Virus record (IMG/VR): IMGVR_UViG_3300045971_000344
Span: 186,001 to 250,000 of that record
DNA length: 64,000 bases
Direction: 5' to 3' (one strand)
Every line of letters starts with the position of its first letter. The stretch's first letter is position 1. Below the pieces are notes generated by a model that saw nothing but the letters and a program-made list of their open reading frames with translations, ran no database searches and was not told where the DNA came from. A program made the position numbers and the translations under genes. This document shows, piece after piece, positions 9,965 through 20,600 of the stretch.

Positions 9965-11247
9965 ATAACTATTCTCCCGGACAACCTGTTGTAATCTTTT
10001 ATGGCAATCAAGTGTGCAACTGCATAAGGGATATCGTTTTCTTTATGCCAATCTGAAAAGAAAACAGTATCTAAGTAGGACTCTCTAAAATGGATTGTAT
10101 CATTATCAATAAACTTGGATTGTTCCCGCCGGGTGTAGTACCAGAAGGAATTAGTATTCCAATAGCTGATATGGGTTGGGTCTTGGAATGCACCTTTACT
10201 TGGAGAAGATGGAACTTGAATAAGAATCATACCACCAGGAGCTAATACTCTGTGGGCCTCACTCATGACAAATTGCTTGTCCTTTAGGTGTTCTATAACG
10301 TCATTGGCTACAATCAGGCCCACGCTATTGTCTTCAAAAGGCCACGACTCATTTAAGTCGCATACTACATCTGCATCTTTTAGATCAACAGATAGTATCC
10401 CCGGTTTTTTATCAAAGCGTCCACCAAAGTCTAATGCCAGGAGGTTATTACGCGCCGCCCAAACAGTTGCTATTTGGTGAATATACCGGTTATATATAGG
10501 TAACACATTATCTTGGATTTCCTTATTATGGATAAGCCAAGTGTTGTTACCAGTTACCCTATACAGATATAAGCATTCTTTGATATGATACATCTCTGTA
10601 TAGATCGCTGTCCTACAAAGTAGCTCCTGATCATCTAATACCCGCATATTGGGATTATGACCACCTATATGCTTATACACTTCGGCTCGCCAGGCGCGTA
10701 AATGATTCGGAGCGTACCAGATTTTAGATACCGCGGCTGGGTGGTCATCAAAGCTCATAGGTACATCTAGAACATGACCTTTGTACTCTATCTGATAGTA
10801 GGTCCAACCGTTGCTTTCAGGATAACGCTCTACGTTCTCAAAGTCACCTTTAAAGTTAGCACAATCAGAATAAACGAAGCCAACTTCTGGATGGGCCATA
10901 AAGACGTCTATAACCTTTTGGATCGCGTTATCCATAAAGATATCATCGTGATCAACTTCAAGGTAAACGTCTCCGGTACAGTAAGAACAAGCATTGGCCT
11001 TTAATGCACCTACATAGGGATTACCAGTAAACCAATGAATACTTACCCTAGGGTCGGCCGCAATGTCCTTAAAGGCAGAGGCTTTCCAATCAGGATCATT
11101 TAAGTACAAGTACTCTAAATCTGTGTCGAGCCCATTTGCTACAATTACCCACTCATAAAATGGCTGGTCCTTTATAGATTCATAAAGGTCAAAAAGATAG
11201 GTCAAGTTATGGGTGGGCGTAAAGATTGATACTTTTAGTTGTTCCAT
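9961..11247 (-). CDS. GT2-family glycosyltransferase fused to a SAM-methyltransferase-like domain
   Basis: GT-A motifs VSIFTPTHN, EWVIVAN, EVDHDD, FVYSD and LDDQEL, followed by Methyltransf_11-like motifs LDFGG...DVIEHL...HRVLAPGG...QDPTH. Confidence 0.85.
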   Translation of the reverse strand: MEQLKVSIFTPTHNLTYLFDLYESIKDQPFYEWVIVANGLDTDLEYLYLNDPDWKASAFKDIAADPRVSIHWFTGNPYVGALKANACSYCTGDVYLEVDHDDIFMDNAIQKVIDVFMAHPEVGFVYSDCANFKGDFENVERYPESNGWTYYQIEYKGHVLDVPMSFDDHPAAVSKIWYAPNHLRAWRAEVYKHIGGHNPNMRVLDDQELLCRTAIYTEMYHIKECLYLYRVTGNNTWLIHNKEIQDNVLPIYNRYIHQIATVWAARNNLLALDFGGRFDKKPGILSVDLKDADVVCDLNESWPFEDNSVGLIVANDVIEHLKDKQFVMSEAHRVLAPGGMILIQVPSSPSKGAFQDPTHISYWNTNSFWYYTRREQSKFIDNDTIHFRESYLDTVFFSDWHKENDIPYAVAHLIAIKDYNRLSGRIVI

Positions 11248-11277
11248 TTGTTCCCTCACTCTCACGTAGTATTTAAT

Positions 11278-11293
11278 AGTAAATTACGAATTT
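11278..11293 (-). promoter_or_regulatory. Putative phage late promoter (AAATTCGTAATTTACT)
   Basis: The same 16-mer occurs at 30739-30754. The RTAATTT core recurs upstream of many operon starts. Confidence 0.5.
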
Positions 11294-11349
11294 AGCGTGG
11301 TAAGGACAACCAAATAGCTGTCTGCCCTTACCACTATACTAAGTATTAA

Positions 11350-14300
11350 CTAAAAGGCTACAGTCGGTACATCATAGTAATTTCTAGCTTTTCCTACGGT
11401 CAGTCTAAAGTCATCAATGTAGCAATCTGGACTAGACCCAAGAGTGGTATACTCACCGATTCTGTTTATTGTACCAGCGTATAGAGTACCAGTAAGCGTA
11501 GACTCATAAATCTGTACGCCGTCTTTCAGTACATAATAGTTTGAACCTACACGACTGACCCTTAAATGATACCAAGTGCCTGCTACCATTGGAGTAGTTA
11601 CAGCAGTAGTAAACTGCCACGTTGTTCCATTTATTGAAGCATAGAATAATAGCCCGGTAGTACTAGAAGTACGAACTCCGAATCCTGCATAACCTGTAGC
11701 ATTAGCATTAAGGATTACAAGATGCTTATTGTCAACAACGGTAACAAAGTTGAACCAGAATTCAAGAGTGAAGTCCTGAGCACCTAAAGTTGGTGGATTA
11801 ATTATCTCTACATAGTTTCCACTACCACCAGGTATTCTTAAACTAGAGGTTCCATACTTGAAGTTTGAAGTCGATATTGCTGCTGTACCTTTTAGCATCA
11901 AGGTACTTGTCATAGACTGGTCAACTACTTGTCCGTTTATTCCACTCAATAATAACTGAGTGTTTGTTATGGCAGTCAAGGGTCCAAGTTCTGGTGTAAA
12001 GTTGATATTATAAAGTGCGGTACCTTTTACAATACGAACATTTGAAATATAACCATTATAAAAATAACCATTAGCCCCTGCAATAAATACACCGGTGTTA
12101 TCAGTAAAATTCACTGCATTTGTAACAGAGCCACCACCGTCTATACCATTAATATAAATCTTAAATACGTTTCCTGTTCTAACTAACGCAATATGAGTCC
12201 ATGTGTTAAGACTCACAGAAGCAGTAGTAGTCATAATCGTAGAACCAACTGTGCTTACAGTAACACAGCCAGTAGCCTGTTGAATGTATAGTGCCCAACC
12301 AGTAGAACCTGAATTTGTAGTTACTCCTAAAAGAAAGCCTATTGCCGTCCGCGCACTTTGGTATGCCCAGCATTCAGCAGTAAAATCAGAGGTACCCATC
12401 ACTACATTAGGGCTAATAGCTGATGTAATTATATCAGAAGTCCCGTTAAAGTATAGAGAACCACAGATACTATTACTAACTACTGCCAAAGGAAAGGGAG
12501 ATTGCGTAGAAATCAGAGGGTTAGTATTAGCAGTAACAGTTAAGTTATTAGTGGAGGCATCTGTAAACTTATTAGATGTACACATTAATAACTGAGTACC
12601 TGAAACTGCGGTCAATGTCTGAGTAGGTACTGCAAAGTTGGAGGTATAGATAGCAGTACCTTTAATGATACGAGCGTTAGAAACGTATCCACCTAAAAAG
12701 TGGCCTATTTGTATAGTAGGTGTTGTACCTTCCAGTGCCCAAGTGTACGTCATTGATGCCTTAGATACGCCATCAACCCATAGTGTTAATAGATTACCTT
12801 GACGAGTTAATGCAACATGATACCATCTACCTGTAACTGGAATTATACCTGAGTTCAAAGTTTGACTACTCCAGCTCTGACCTGAAGCAGAACTCATAAA
12901 AGATATTTGACTGTACCTACCAGGATTTCCTAAATTTAAACTCCAGGCTGAAGAGGAGTTACCAAAAATTAAGCTTAAAGGATAGACTCCATTATTATAG
13001 GGGGCATATTCAACTTTACCAAATGCTTCAATAGTAAAATCACCAGTACCTAAAGTAATCCCAGCATTAGTAGGTACCGACAAAGAACAGGTACTAACCT
13101 GATAAACGCTATTACCAAAATAGGTGCTCCAGTCAGTATTAACACTTATAGTATCCAACTTAGTGAAAGGAGACATAGGTACAACTTGAAGAGTTCCTGT
13201 TACGGTTAGCGTGCTATTATTACTTGAGTTATCTAAGAAACGATTTGACTGGCAGGTCAACAACTGAGTATTAGTTACAGCTGTTAATGCTGCAGTAGGT
13301 ACTGAGAAATCAGAAGTATATAATGCGGTACCCTTTACAAGTCTAAGATTTGAAAGGTTGCCAGACATTGCTTGACTAGTATCTGCACCATTCATACCAA
13401 TAAATACAAATCCTGTAGTACAGGTATAGTTTGTACTATCAGAATAAGTTGTATTTACTTGGGTACCATTTAAGTAAATTCTTGTACTTCCTGATGCTCT
13501 ACATACAGAAATATGATTCCAGACATTTGTTAGAACTACTCCACCTGAGGTCTTTACTGCGCCACTTGCACCAGCTAACTGAATTACCCCAGAGGTAGAT
13601 AACAATAATAACATTCTGCCTGCGCTATTACCGTCATAAATATCAAGTATGTCTCTGGCAGTAGACAAATCTTTAACCCTTAGCCAGCATTCCATAGTAA
13701 AATCACCAGTACCTAATGCAAAATTTGATGACCATGAAACTTTTTGTCCATTACCGGTTGTACCATCAGAGTAAACACTCCAATTTGGAGCATACGGAGT
13801 AAATGATCCTTGACTTGGAGCACCTGTTGGAGTAACAGTAAAGTTATTCAAAGACGAGTCCAAGAATATTCCGTTAGTACCATCGGAAGTCATACCGCTC
13901 AATCCAGAAATTGAAGTAGAACCATTCGTACCTTCTGCTTTAAGTAGCAAAGAGGTAACTGACCAGTAGTTATCTGTAACATCTGGTAGTTCTGTGACTG
14001 GTGATGTGAAGTTTGCTGTGTAACGAGCAACACCTTTTGTTAGTCGAATGGAATCCAGGTAACCAACAAACGGGTTACCTCCAGTTATCCACATGCCTAG
14101 TCTAAACTGATTATTGTTACAATCAGTAGAATCAGTCCAACTCGAACCTTCTTGAACTCCATCTAAGAACATTTTGGTAATACCAGATGCTCTAGCTACG
14201 GCTACATGATACCAGGTATTATTCTGAATTGTTGTAGCACCTACAATGTTAGTAATACCTGAAACTCCATAGGATAACTTATTGCTTGCATTAACCCATA

Positions 14301-16584
14301 AACGAGGACCATTAACTCCTGAATTTGCAAAGTCCATAATGCAACTACCTGCATTAGTCTGGCGGTAAATCCAAAGTTCTACTGTGTAGTTACCAGTACC
14401 GAAGTTGTAGAGTAGCGTAGATGCGGGACCCATTGCATAGTCGCCGGAACCACCTGGGAAGTACAAACTAGACGTTCCAAATTTCTTTTGTGCGGTTGAA
14501 ATCTGAGCAGAACCATAAGCAGTAAGTGTAATAACACCCATGCCAGCTACGGGTGGCTCATAGCTAAGCTGTAATTGAGTATAGTTACTTTGTGAGTCCA
14601 AACTTAAATTTGGATTTTTAGCAGGAGTGAAGTTTCTAGAATACCTACAAGCACCATTGGTAATCCTTACGTCATCAACCAATATTGGTGCCGTGTAAGT
14701 ATTCATCTGACCAATAGTTATATAGCTCTGTGTTACTGATATAGCAGTAAAAGTATTTACTAATCCTTCTTTTACTCCGTTTACAAAGAGTGAGATTACT
14801 CCGGCTTCACAGGTTACAGCTAAATGATACCACTGATTTAGAGCCAATACTGTAGAACCAGTTAAATTAACGGCTGCTGAACCGGTCCAATAATAAAAAT
14901 GTGCATAACTCTGCCAGTCTATACCAAAACCCCAATCCATAAAGGCACCACTTGGACTGTACTGACCAATACCACATGGAAACGAGGCATAACCGTAAGT
15001 ACCTGTTCTGCATAACCACATTTCAACAGTCCAGTTAGCACTGGTATTCATTGAAATTTGTGGGGGATTGGTTATTGGAGTCTGTAGATAACCACCTGCA
15101 TCCAACTTAATACTTCCTGTACCAAACTTCTTACTAGAAGTAGTAATCTGTGCATTACCTACCGAAGTCCAGTTCTGTAACTTTGATTCATCTATTATTC
15201 CAGCGTTTGAATTTGTTACCAAAAGCTTAGTATTGGTAATAGCCATTAACGAGGAAGTAGGAACTGTATAGGTAGTCCCTGAATAAACTGCGGTTCCTAT
15301 AACTACTCTCGCATTTGAGATATACCCATTAAAGAAATGTAAAGTTGGGTCCCAACCTATTCTGGTCGCATACTGATAATACACATCTCCGGCTCTAGTA
15401 AATGTTTTAAGTTGGACCCCGTCCATCCACAAGGCATAAACAGAACCAGTACGAGTTATAGCTACATGATGCCACTGATTAAGACCAACAGCAACTAAAC
15501 TATCCATGTTGGCCACACTCTGTATAGTAAAATACAGATTATTAGTATTTTGCATGAATAACAGAATTTGGTCATTTGCTATAATTGGTTGAATGGCCCC
15601 ACCAGCTTTTGGATAGATAAATGCTTCCCAGGTAAAGTCCTGAGAAAGGATTACGTTATTTGTACTTGAAGCAGCAGTTAAATAATCAGTAGTGCCATTT
15701 AGCAATACAGAAGCCCCATTAATAGCTGGGTCATAAGTAACAGTCTTAAACGGAGAAAACGTTGAGATTGCGGCACTTCCATAGACCACTGGAGTTTGAG
15801 CAATAGTAGAGTTGTCTAAGAATCTGTTATCTTGGCAAGTCAACAACTGGGTTCCAGTTATAGCCGGTAGTCTCGTTGTAGGTACTGTAAAATTAGAGGT
15901 ATATACAGCACTACCTTTAACTAGTCGGAAGTTTGAAACAACTCCGTTAATACCACACTCTGGTCCTGTCCAGTAATCACCAATAGATATTTTAGTATTA
16001 GTATAGTTCATGGTATCTGCAACAGTATAAATATTAACTCCGTTAAGATATATCTTAGTTGAACCTCCGGTCTTAACGTATGCAATATGATACCAGGTAT
16101 TGCGTTTAGGTAAAACTGTGGTATATGCTACTTGAGAACCATTAGCAGAAAAATACCAACCATTTGAGTGAACAGCAACTGCCCACAGGTTAGCTACACT
16201 ATTACTAACTCCGCTGTTACCACCACCGGGACATGAAAATACTCCTCCTGCATAAGTACCCCATGCTGTAAAATACGCCCAGCACTCAGCTGTAAAATCT
16301 CCTGTACCCATTGCATTTCCAGCATTAGTGAAACTAACGGCCCCTACAGGAGACCATGTAAAAGACGTTGCCCAGTCTGAACCGAAAGGTCCGAATGAAC
16401 CTTGACTTGGAGTACCAGTTGGAGTTATTGCCAAAGCGTTTGTACTCGTATCTAAATAAGTATTATTGTTTGCCGCATTTACTCCATCACCAGATAGTAA
16501 TATCGTAACATAACTTGCTAAAACATCGGCTAAGGTTTGGGTAAATACTTTTCGAGCTGCAACAAATCTTGAGTATGATAACAT
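11350..16584 (-). CDS. Multi-LamG (concanavalin A-like) domain virion fibre/adhesin
   Basis: 1744 aa with eight FT.E.W...WxH[IVL]A...GY.SN.R modules. Confidence 0.88.
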   Translation of the reverse strand: MLSYSRFVAARKVFTQTLADVLASYVTILLSGDGVNAANNNTYLDTSTNALAITPTGTPSQGSFGPFGSDWATSFTWSPVGAVSFTNAGNAMGTGDFTAECWAYFTAWGTYAGGVFSCPGGGNSGVSNSVANLWAVAVHSNGWYFSANGSQVAYTTVLPKRNTWYHIAYVKTGGSTKIYLNGVNIYTVADTMNYTNTKISIGDYWTGPECGINGVVSNFRLVKGSAVYTSNFTVPTTRLPAITGTQLLTCQDNRFLDNSTIAQTPVVYGSAAISTFSPFKTVTYDPAINGASVLLNGTTDYLTAASSTNNVILSQDFTWEAFIYPKAGGAIQPIIANDQILLFMQNTNNLYFTIQSVANMDSLVAVGLNQWHHVAITRTGSVYALWMDGVQLKTFTRAGDVYYQYATRIGWDPTLHFFNGYISNARVVIGTAVYSGTTYTVPTSSLMAITNTKLLVTNSNAGIIDESKLQNWTSVGNAQITTSSKKFGTGSIKLDAGGYLQTPITNPPQISMNTSANWTVEMWLCRTGTYGYASFPCGIGQYSPSGAFMDWGFGIDWQSYAHFYYWTGSAAVNLTGSTVLALNQWYHLAVTCEAGVISLFVNGVKEGLVNTFTAISVTQSYITIGQMNTYTAPILVDDVRITNGACRYSRNFTPAKNPNLSLDSQSNYTQLQLSYEPPVAGMGVITLTAYGSAQISTAQKKFGTSSLYFPGGSGDYAMGPASTLLYNFGTGNYTVELWIYRQTNAGSCIMDFANSGVNGPRLWVNASNKLSYGVSGITNIVGATTIQNNTWYHVAVARASGITKMFLDGVQEGSSWTDSTDCNNNQFRLGMWITGGNPFVGYLDSIRLTKGVARYTANFTSPVTELPDVTDNYWSVTSLLLKAEGTNGSTSISGLSGMTSDGTNGIFLDSSLNNFTVTPTGAPSQGSFTPYAPNWSVYSDGTTGNGQKVSWSSNFALGTGDFTMECWLRVKDLSTARDILDIYDGNSAGRMLLLLSTSGVIQLAGASGAVKTSGGVVLTNVWNHISVCRASGSTRIYLNGTQVNTTYSDSTNYTCTTGFVFIGMNGADTSQAMSGNLSNLRLVKGTALYTSDFSVPTAALTAVTNTQLLTCQSNRFLDNSSNNSTLTVTGTLQVVPMSPFTKLDTISVNTDWSTYFGNSVYQVSTCSLSVPTNAGITLGTGDFTIEAFGKVEYAPYNNGVYPLSLIFGNSSSAWSLNLGNPGRYSQISFMSSASGQSWSSQTLNSGIIPVTGRWYHVALTRQGNLLTLWVDGVSKASMTYTWALEGTTPTIQIGHFLGGYVSNARIIKGTAIYTSNFAVPTQTLTAVSGTQLLMCTSNKFTDASTNNLTVTANTNPLISTQSPFPLAVVSNSICGSLYFNGTSDIITSAISPNVVMGTSDFTAECWAYQSARTAIGFLLGVTTNSGSTGWALYIQQATGCVTVSTVGSTIMTTTASVSLNTWTHIALVRTGNVFKIYINGIDGGGSVTNAVNFTDNTGVFIAGANGYFYNGYISNVRIVKGTALYNINFTPELGPLTAITNTQLLLSGINGQVVDQSMTSTLMLKGTAAISTSNFKYGTSSLRIPGGSGNYVEIINPPTLGAQDFTLEFWFNFVTVVDNKHLVILNANATGYAGFGVRTSSTTGLLFYASINGTTWQFTTAVTTPMVAGTWYHLRVSRVGSNYYVLKDGVQIYESTLTGTLYAGTINRIGEYTTLGSSPDCYIDDFRLTVGKARNYYDVPTVAF

Positions 16585-16605
16585 TTTTCCTCCCCAAATT
16601 TAAAG

Positions 16606-17616
16606 TTATAAAACTCCACTATAGTCATTTAGGCCTCCAGAAAATGGAGCGTATTGCCACAATTTAGAATATGCACCACCTATAGCATATAGTCTTGAAC
16701 TAGTTATTAATAGTTCTGGCGCATCTGTACAGCTTACTGTAGGTGTTTCAACAATCCAAGTTCCAATAGTACCATCAGAGTTTATTGGAGCACTTTGTGT
16801 ATAAGTTGTATAGCCTCCATTATGTCCACTAAAAACATATACACGATTTCTAGTAGCTATAACTTTTGCTCGACCAACAGCATACGTCTTTTGCGTACTA
16901 GAAGTAGTCCAGGGTCCTATATTTCCGTTGCTATCTATAGTTGACTGAATGTTTAATAAATTTCCAGTATTACCACCACATACTCTATGTATAATATTTT
17001 TTGCAATTATAAATGCATCTCCTCTATTACATACTGGTGCTGAATTAGCAAGTTGTTTAAATGTTCCAACAATACCAGAAGAGTCTATAGGGGCTACGTA
17101 ACTAACACCACCAGTTCCACCAACTAAATAAATTCTTCCGTTATATACTAATGGAAATTTACCATTTCCTGCAGCAAATAAACCTGTTGTTAGCACCCAA
17201 GTATTTAATGAACCATCACTATTATAAGTAGCAGATAATAAGTCGGTACCCATTACAATGTATACCATACTTCTAGTAGTAAAAGCATATGCACTAGCAT
17301 CAATAGTTGTTACTGGTATTGTCTTATCTACAAGTTGTGTCCAAGTACCAATAACACCAGAAGAATCAATAGGTGCTCTCCAGCATGTTCCACCTACTTG
17401 GTAAATAAAATACGCATAAGATTTTAAGATAAAGGTTATACCATTAGTTGTTGCTGCGCCATAAGGTAAAGTACCTAATGCTGTAAATGCACCGAGAGCA
17501 GAATAGGTGGAGGTATTAAACGTATATTGCTGACACCAAGGATTGCAGTTTACAAACGAAGTATCTCCCGATGGCAGCATTAAAGCCCTATTTCTTGCGA
17601 GCCGTGTAGAAAACAT
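16606..17616 (-). CDS. Kelch-like beta-propeller virion accessory protein
   Basis: Repeats of the form R.Y..GG...APIDSSG.IG.W; start reassigned to ATG 17616 (GGAG RBS). Confidence 0.65.
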   Translation of the reverse strand: MFSTRLARNRALMLPSGDTSFVNCNPWCQQYTFNTSTYSALGAFTALGTLPYGAATTNGITFILKSYAYFIYQVGGTCWRAPIDSSGVIGTWTQLVDKTIPVTTIDASAYAFTTRSMVYIVMGTDLLSATYNSDGSLNTWVLTTGLFAAGNGKFPLVYNGRIYLVGGTGGVSYVAPIDSSGIVGTFKQLANSAPVCNRGDAFIIAKNIIHRVCGGNTGNLLNIQSTIDSNGNIGPWTTSSTQKTYAVGRAKVIATRNRVYVFSGHNGGYTTYTQSAPINSDGTIGTWIVETPTVSCTDAPELLITSSRLYAIGGAYSKLWQYAPFSGGLNDYSGVL

Positions 17617-17679
17617 AGTTTCTCCAATTTGGGGCGGGTTCCTAATAAAAAGAACCCGCCCCACACCCAATAAAGTTAA

Positions 17680-20600
17680 TTAGTAGTTCCGTCCGCCATC
17701 AGCTCCGAAGGTATTTGTTCCATCAGAGGTAAATACATAAATATCAAATTTACTATTAACTGAGGTAGCAGTCGGAGCGGAACCACCTTGCCACTTCAAA
17801 GTTCCTCCACCTGCCCAAGTAACAGTATGCGAACCGCCATAAGCTACTATAACAGTGTAGGACTTACCTGCTACAGCCGAAGGTAATGTAATAGTAGTAT
17901 TAGCATTGGTAGTAAACTTCTGCATTGTTCCATTAGCCAAATCCATTGTAAAGGATGCACCAGCCGCAGGAGCATATAATGTCTCTACGTAGTTCGTAAC
18001 AACTGGATTAGTTAGGGTCTTATTAGTTAATGTCTCACTACCAGTGAGTGTAACACCACCTGCACCGGCCACCCCTTGATTACCCTGGTTACCTTGATTG
18101 CCTTGGTAACCTTGCGGGCCTTGGACGTTGGATGCAGTACCTATCGAACCCTGATTGCCTTGGTTTCCCTGATAACCTTGAGGTCCCTGACTACCAGTTT
18201 GACCTTGTGCACCGTTTAATCCTGCAGAACCTTGAGATCCTTGAGAACCAGCCGCACCTTGAGGTCCTTGTGCACCAGCCTGACCTTGTGTTCCATTCAA
18301 TCCCGCAGAACCTTGCGCTCCCTGTGCACCTTGGCTTCCAGAACCAGTAGAACCTTGAGGGCCTTGGATACCAGTAGAGCCAGAAAGGTCAGTTATAAAC
18401 TGATAAGCCGAACCTGTCCACAAATATACTTTAGCGTTGTCTGCATCTTGAACGTTTCCGGTATTGATTATCGCAAATTCACCAGAAAGAATACCACTAG
18501 GGTTTGTATCGGCTGTTAACGCCGCAACAGATGCATACGTCTTGGAGGCAACAAAGTTTTTACCTGTTAAACCCTGAGTACCTTGTGAACCTTGAGGTCC
18601 TTGGACATTTGAGGCCGCACCAACCGAACCTTGAGGACCAGTTTGACCTTGTGAACCCTGAGAACCTTGTGCTCCAGCAGAACCTTGTTGACCTTGAGAT
18701 CCAGAAGCACCTTGTGCACCTGTACCGGTCAAACCTTGGGTACCTTGAGAACCAGTTTGTCCCTGATAACCCTGGAATCCTTGATACCCGCGAGCACCTT
18801 GAGTACCCTGGGTTCCCTGTGTACCGACCGAACCTTGAGGTCCTTGACTACCTGTGGCTCCCTGGACACCAGACCCAGTAAAGCCTTGTGTACCTTGAGG
18901 GCCTTGACTACCAGTTGGTCCCTGAGGTCCAGTATCTCCAGTGTATCCCTGTACACCCGGAATATTAGATGGAGTTCCTTGTGGTCCCCTTAATCCTTGT
19001 GTGCCTTGAGGTCCTTGTGATCCAACAGAAGCCCAAATCATCCAATAGCTTGAACCAATGGCTGGGCTAGCGTTTGATGTAGCGACTGCACAGTACCAGC
19101 TAGAACCATTGTAACTTACTGCGTCTCCAATAGCGTAAGCCACACCTGAAACCCAAGTTCCTTTCCAGCGATAATTAACGTTCGCCATTGGAACCATTGG
19201 ATCAATAGCGTACCCAACTTCGAGCTCAATTATTTGTGGAGTATTTCCTGGGTTATCCCCTGAAGACATTGCTACTTGTGCCTTCCAGTATTTATAGCTC
19301 GTGCTTGTTATTGCAGAAAGAGGAATATTCTGTCCATTTGGAATATTGAAGTACTTTCCTTCTTCAAACCAGCTATGTGTACTTGGATAAGTAACTGAGG
19401 TCTTAAACGACAAATCATTAGATCCAAGCAAACGGAAACGAGGATTAGGATTATAGTAACCTGTCCAAACGGACCGTAAAGAAGTGGGCTTAATTAGCCT
19501 AATATCTTGTGAGCCAAACACTGCTGAGGTCCATACCTGAGTATCTGAGTAATAGCCTGTAGGTCCATAAAGTACAGACACCTGTGCCAGTAATGGAGTC
19601 TGTGAGCCGTTGCCCGTGATATTAATCTTGTAGTAAAAATTTCCACCATTTGGAGTAATTCCAGAAATATCAATACCATTGGTAAGGTTCAAGGTTGTTG
19701 GAGCACCCCAGTTCACGCCGTTTGTACTAAACTGAACGGTAGCCGTACAAGTATCTGGTAAATCGTAGAACGTGCAGTAGAATCCACTAAGACCCGTTAC
19801 TACTTTATCTTTAAGGATATTTGTAGAAACAATAGTTGCAGTTGTAGAGTATGACCCTTCAAGGTCAACTATGTTTGAATCGGGCTTAAAGTAAGTTGTA
19901 GCATAAGGGCTTCGTGTTTGGTATATAGTTACGATCCTACCAACACCTCCACCATTAGCGTACTGTGCTTCTTGAGTATTGTAAGCATACATACGAACAT
20001 TACTAAGTTCTTTTGTCTTCAGAACTATAGTACCAGGGGAGGAGACTACACCTGGGTTACTTCTTCCAGAATTAGATACAATACTTCCAGATACACTAGC
20101 AGTACCAGAACAAGTAATATAAATTACACCAGCACCTGTTCTCCCAGAAGCACAGCCACCTATGGCTAGTCTTGAAATGTCTCCACCCATTCCATTTAAG
20201 ATATTATCTACTGGAGGCATACCAGCCGTTCCATCCGGAGACATTCCAGTATTAAACCAAACAGGGTGAAGACCCTGATTAGACATATCTATCGTACCAT
20301 CAACAACAAGGTTGTTACAACGGAAAAATATTGTACCAGAACCACCGTAGGCGATGCACCTTGAAGAAATAGTTGCTCCTTGACCTACGGACACAGTATT
20401 CCAGTTAGGCACTTTGCTAATAGTACAAATAGCACGACCAGAAGCAGTATTAACTCCAGATATTGTTATTCCGTTATCATCGTTACCTGTACCATAATTT
20501 TTAAGCTTCGGTGTTGTAAAATAAATCTTATTACTTACTATTTCTTTTACCTTCAAGAATTCATAGTTACCATAGTTAGTGGGACTAATAGTAGAGTGAA

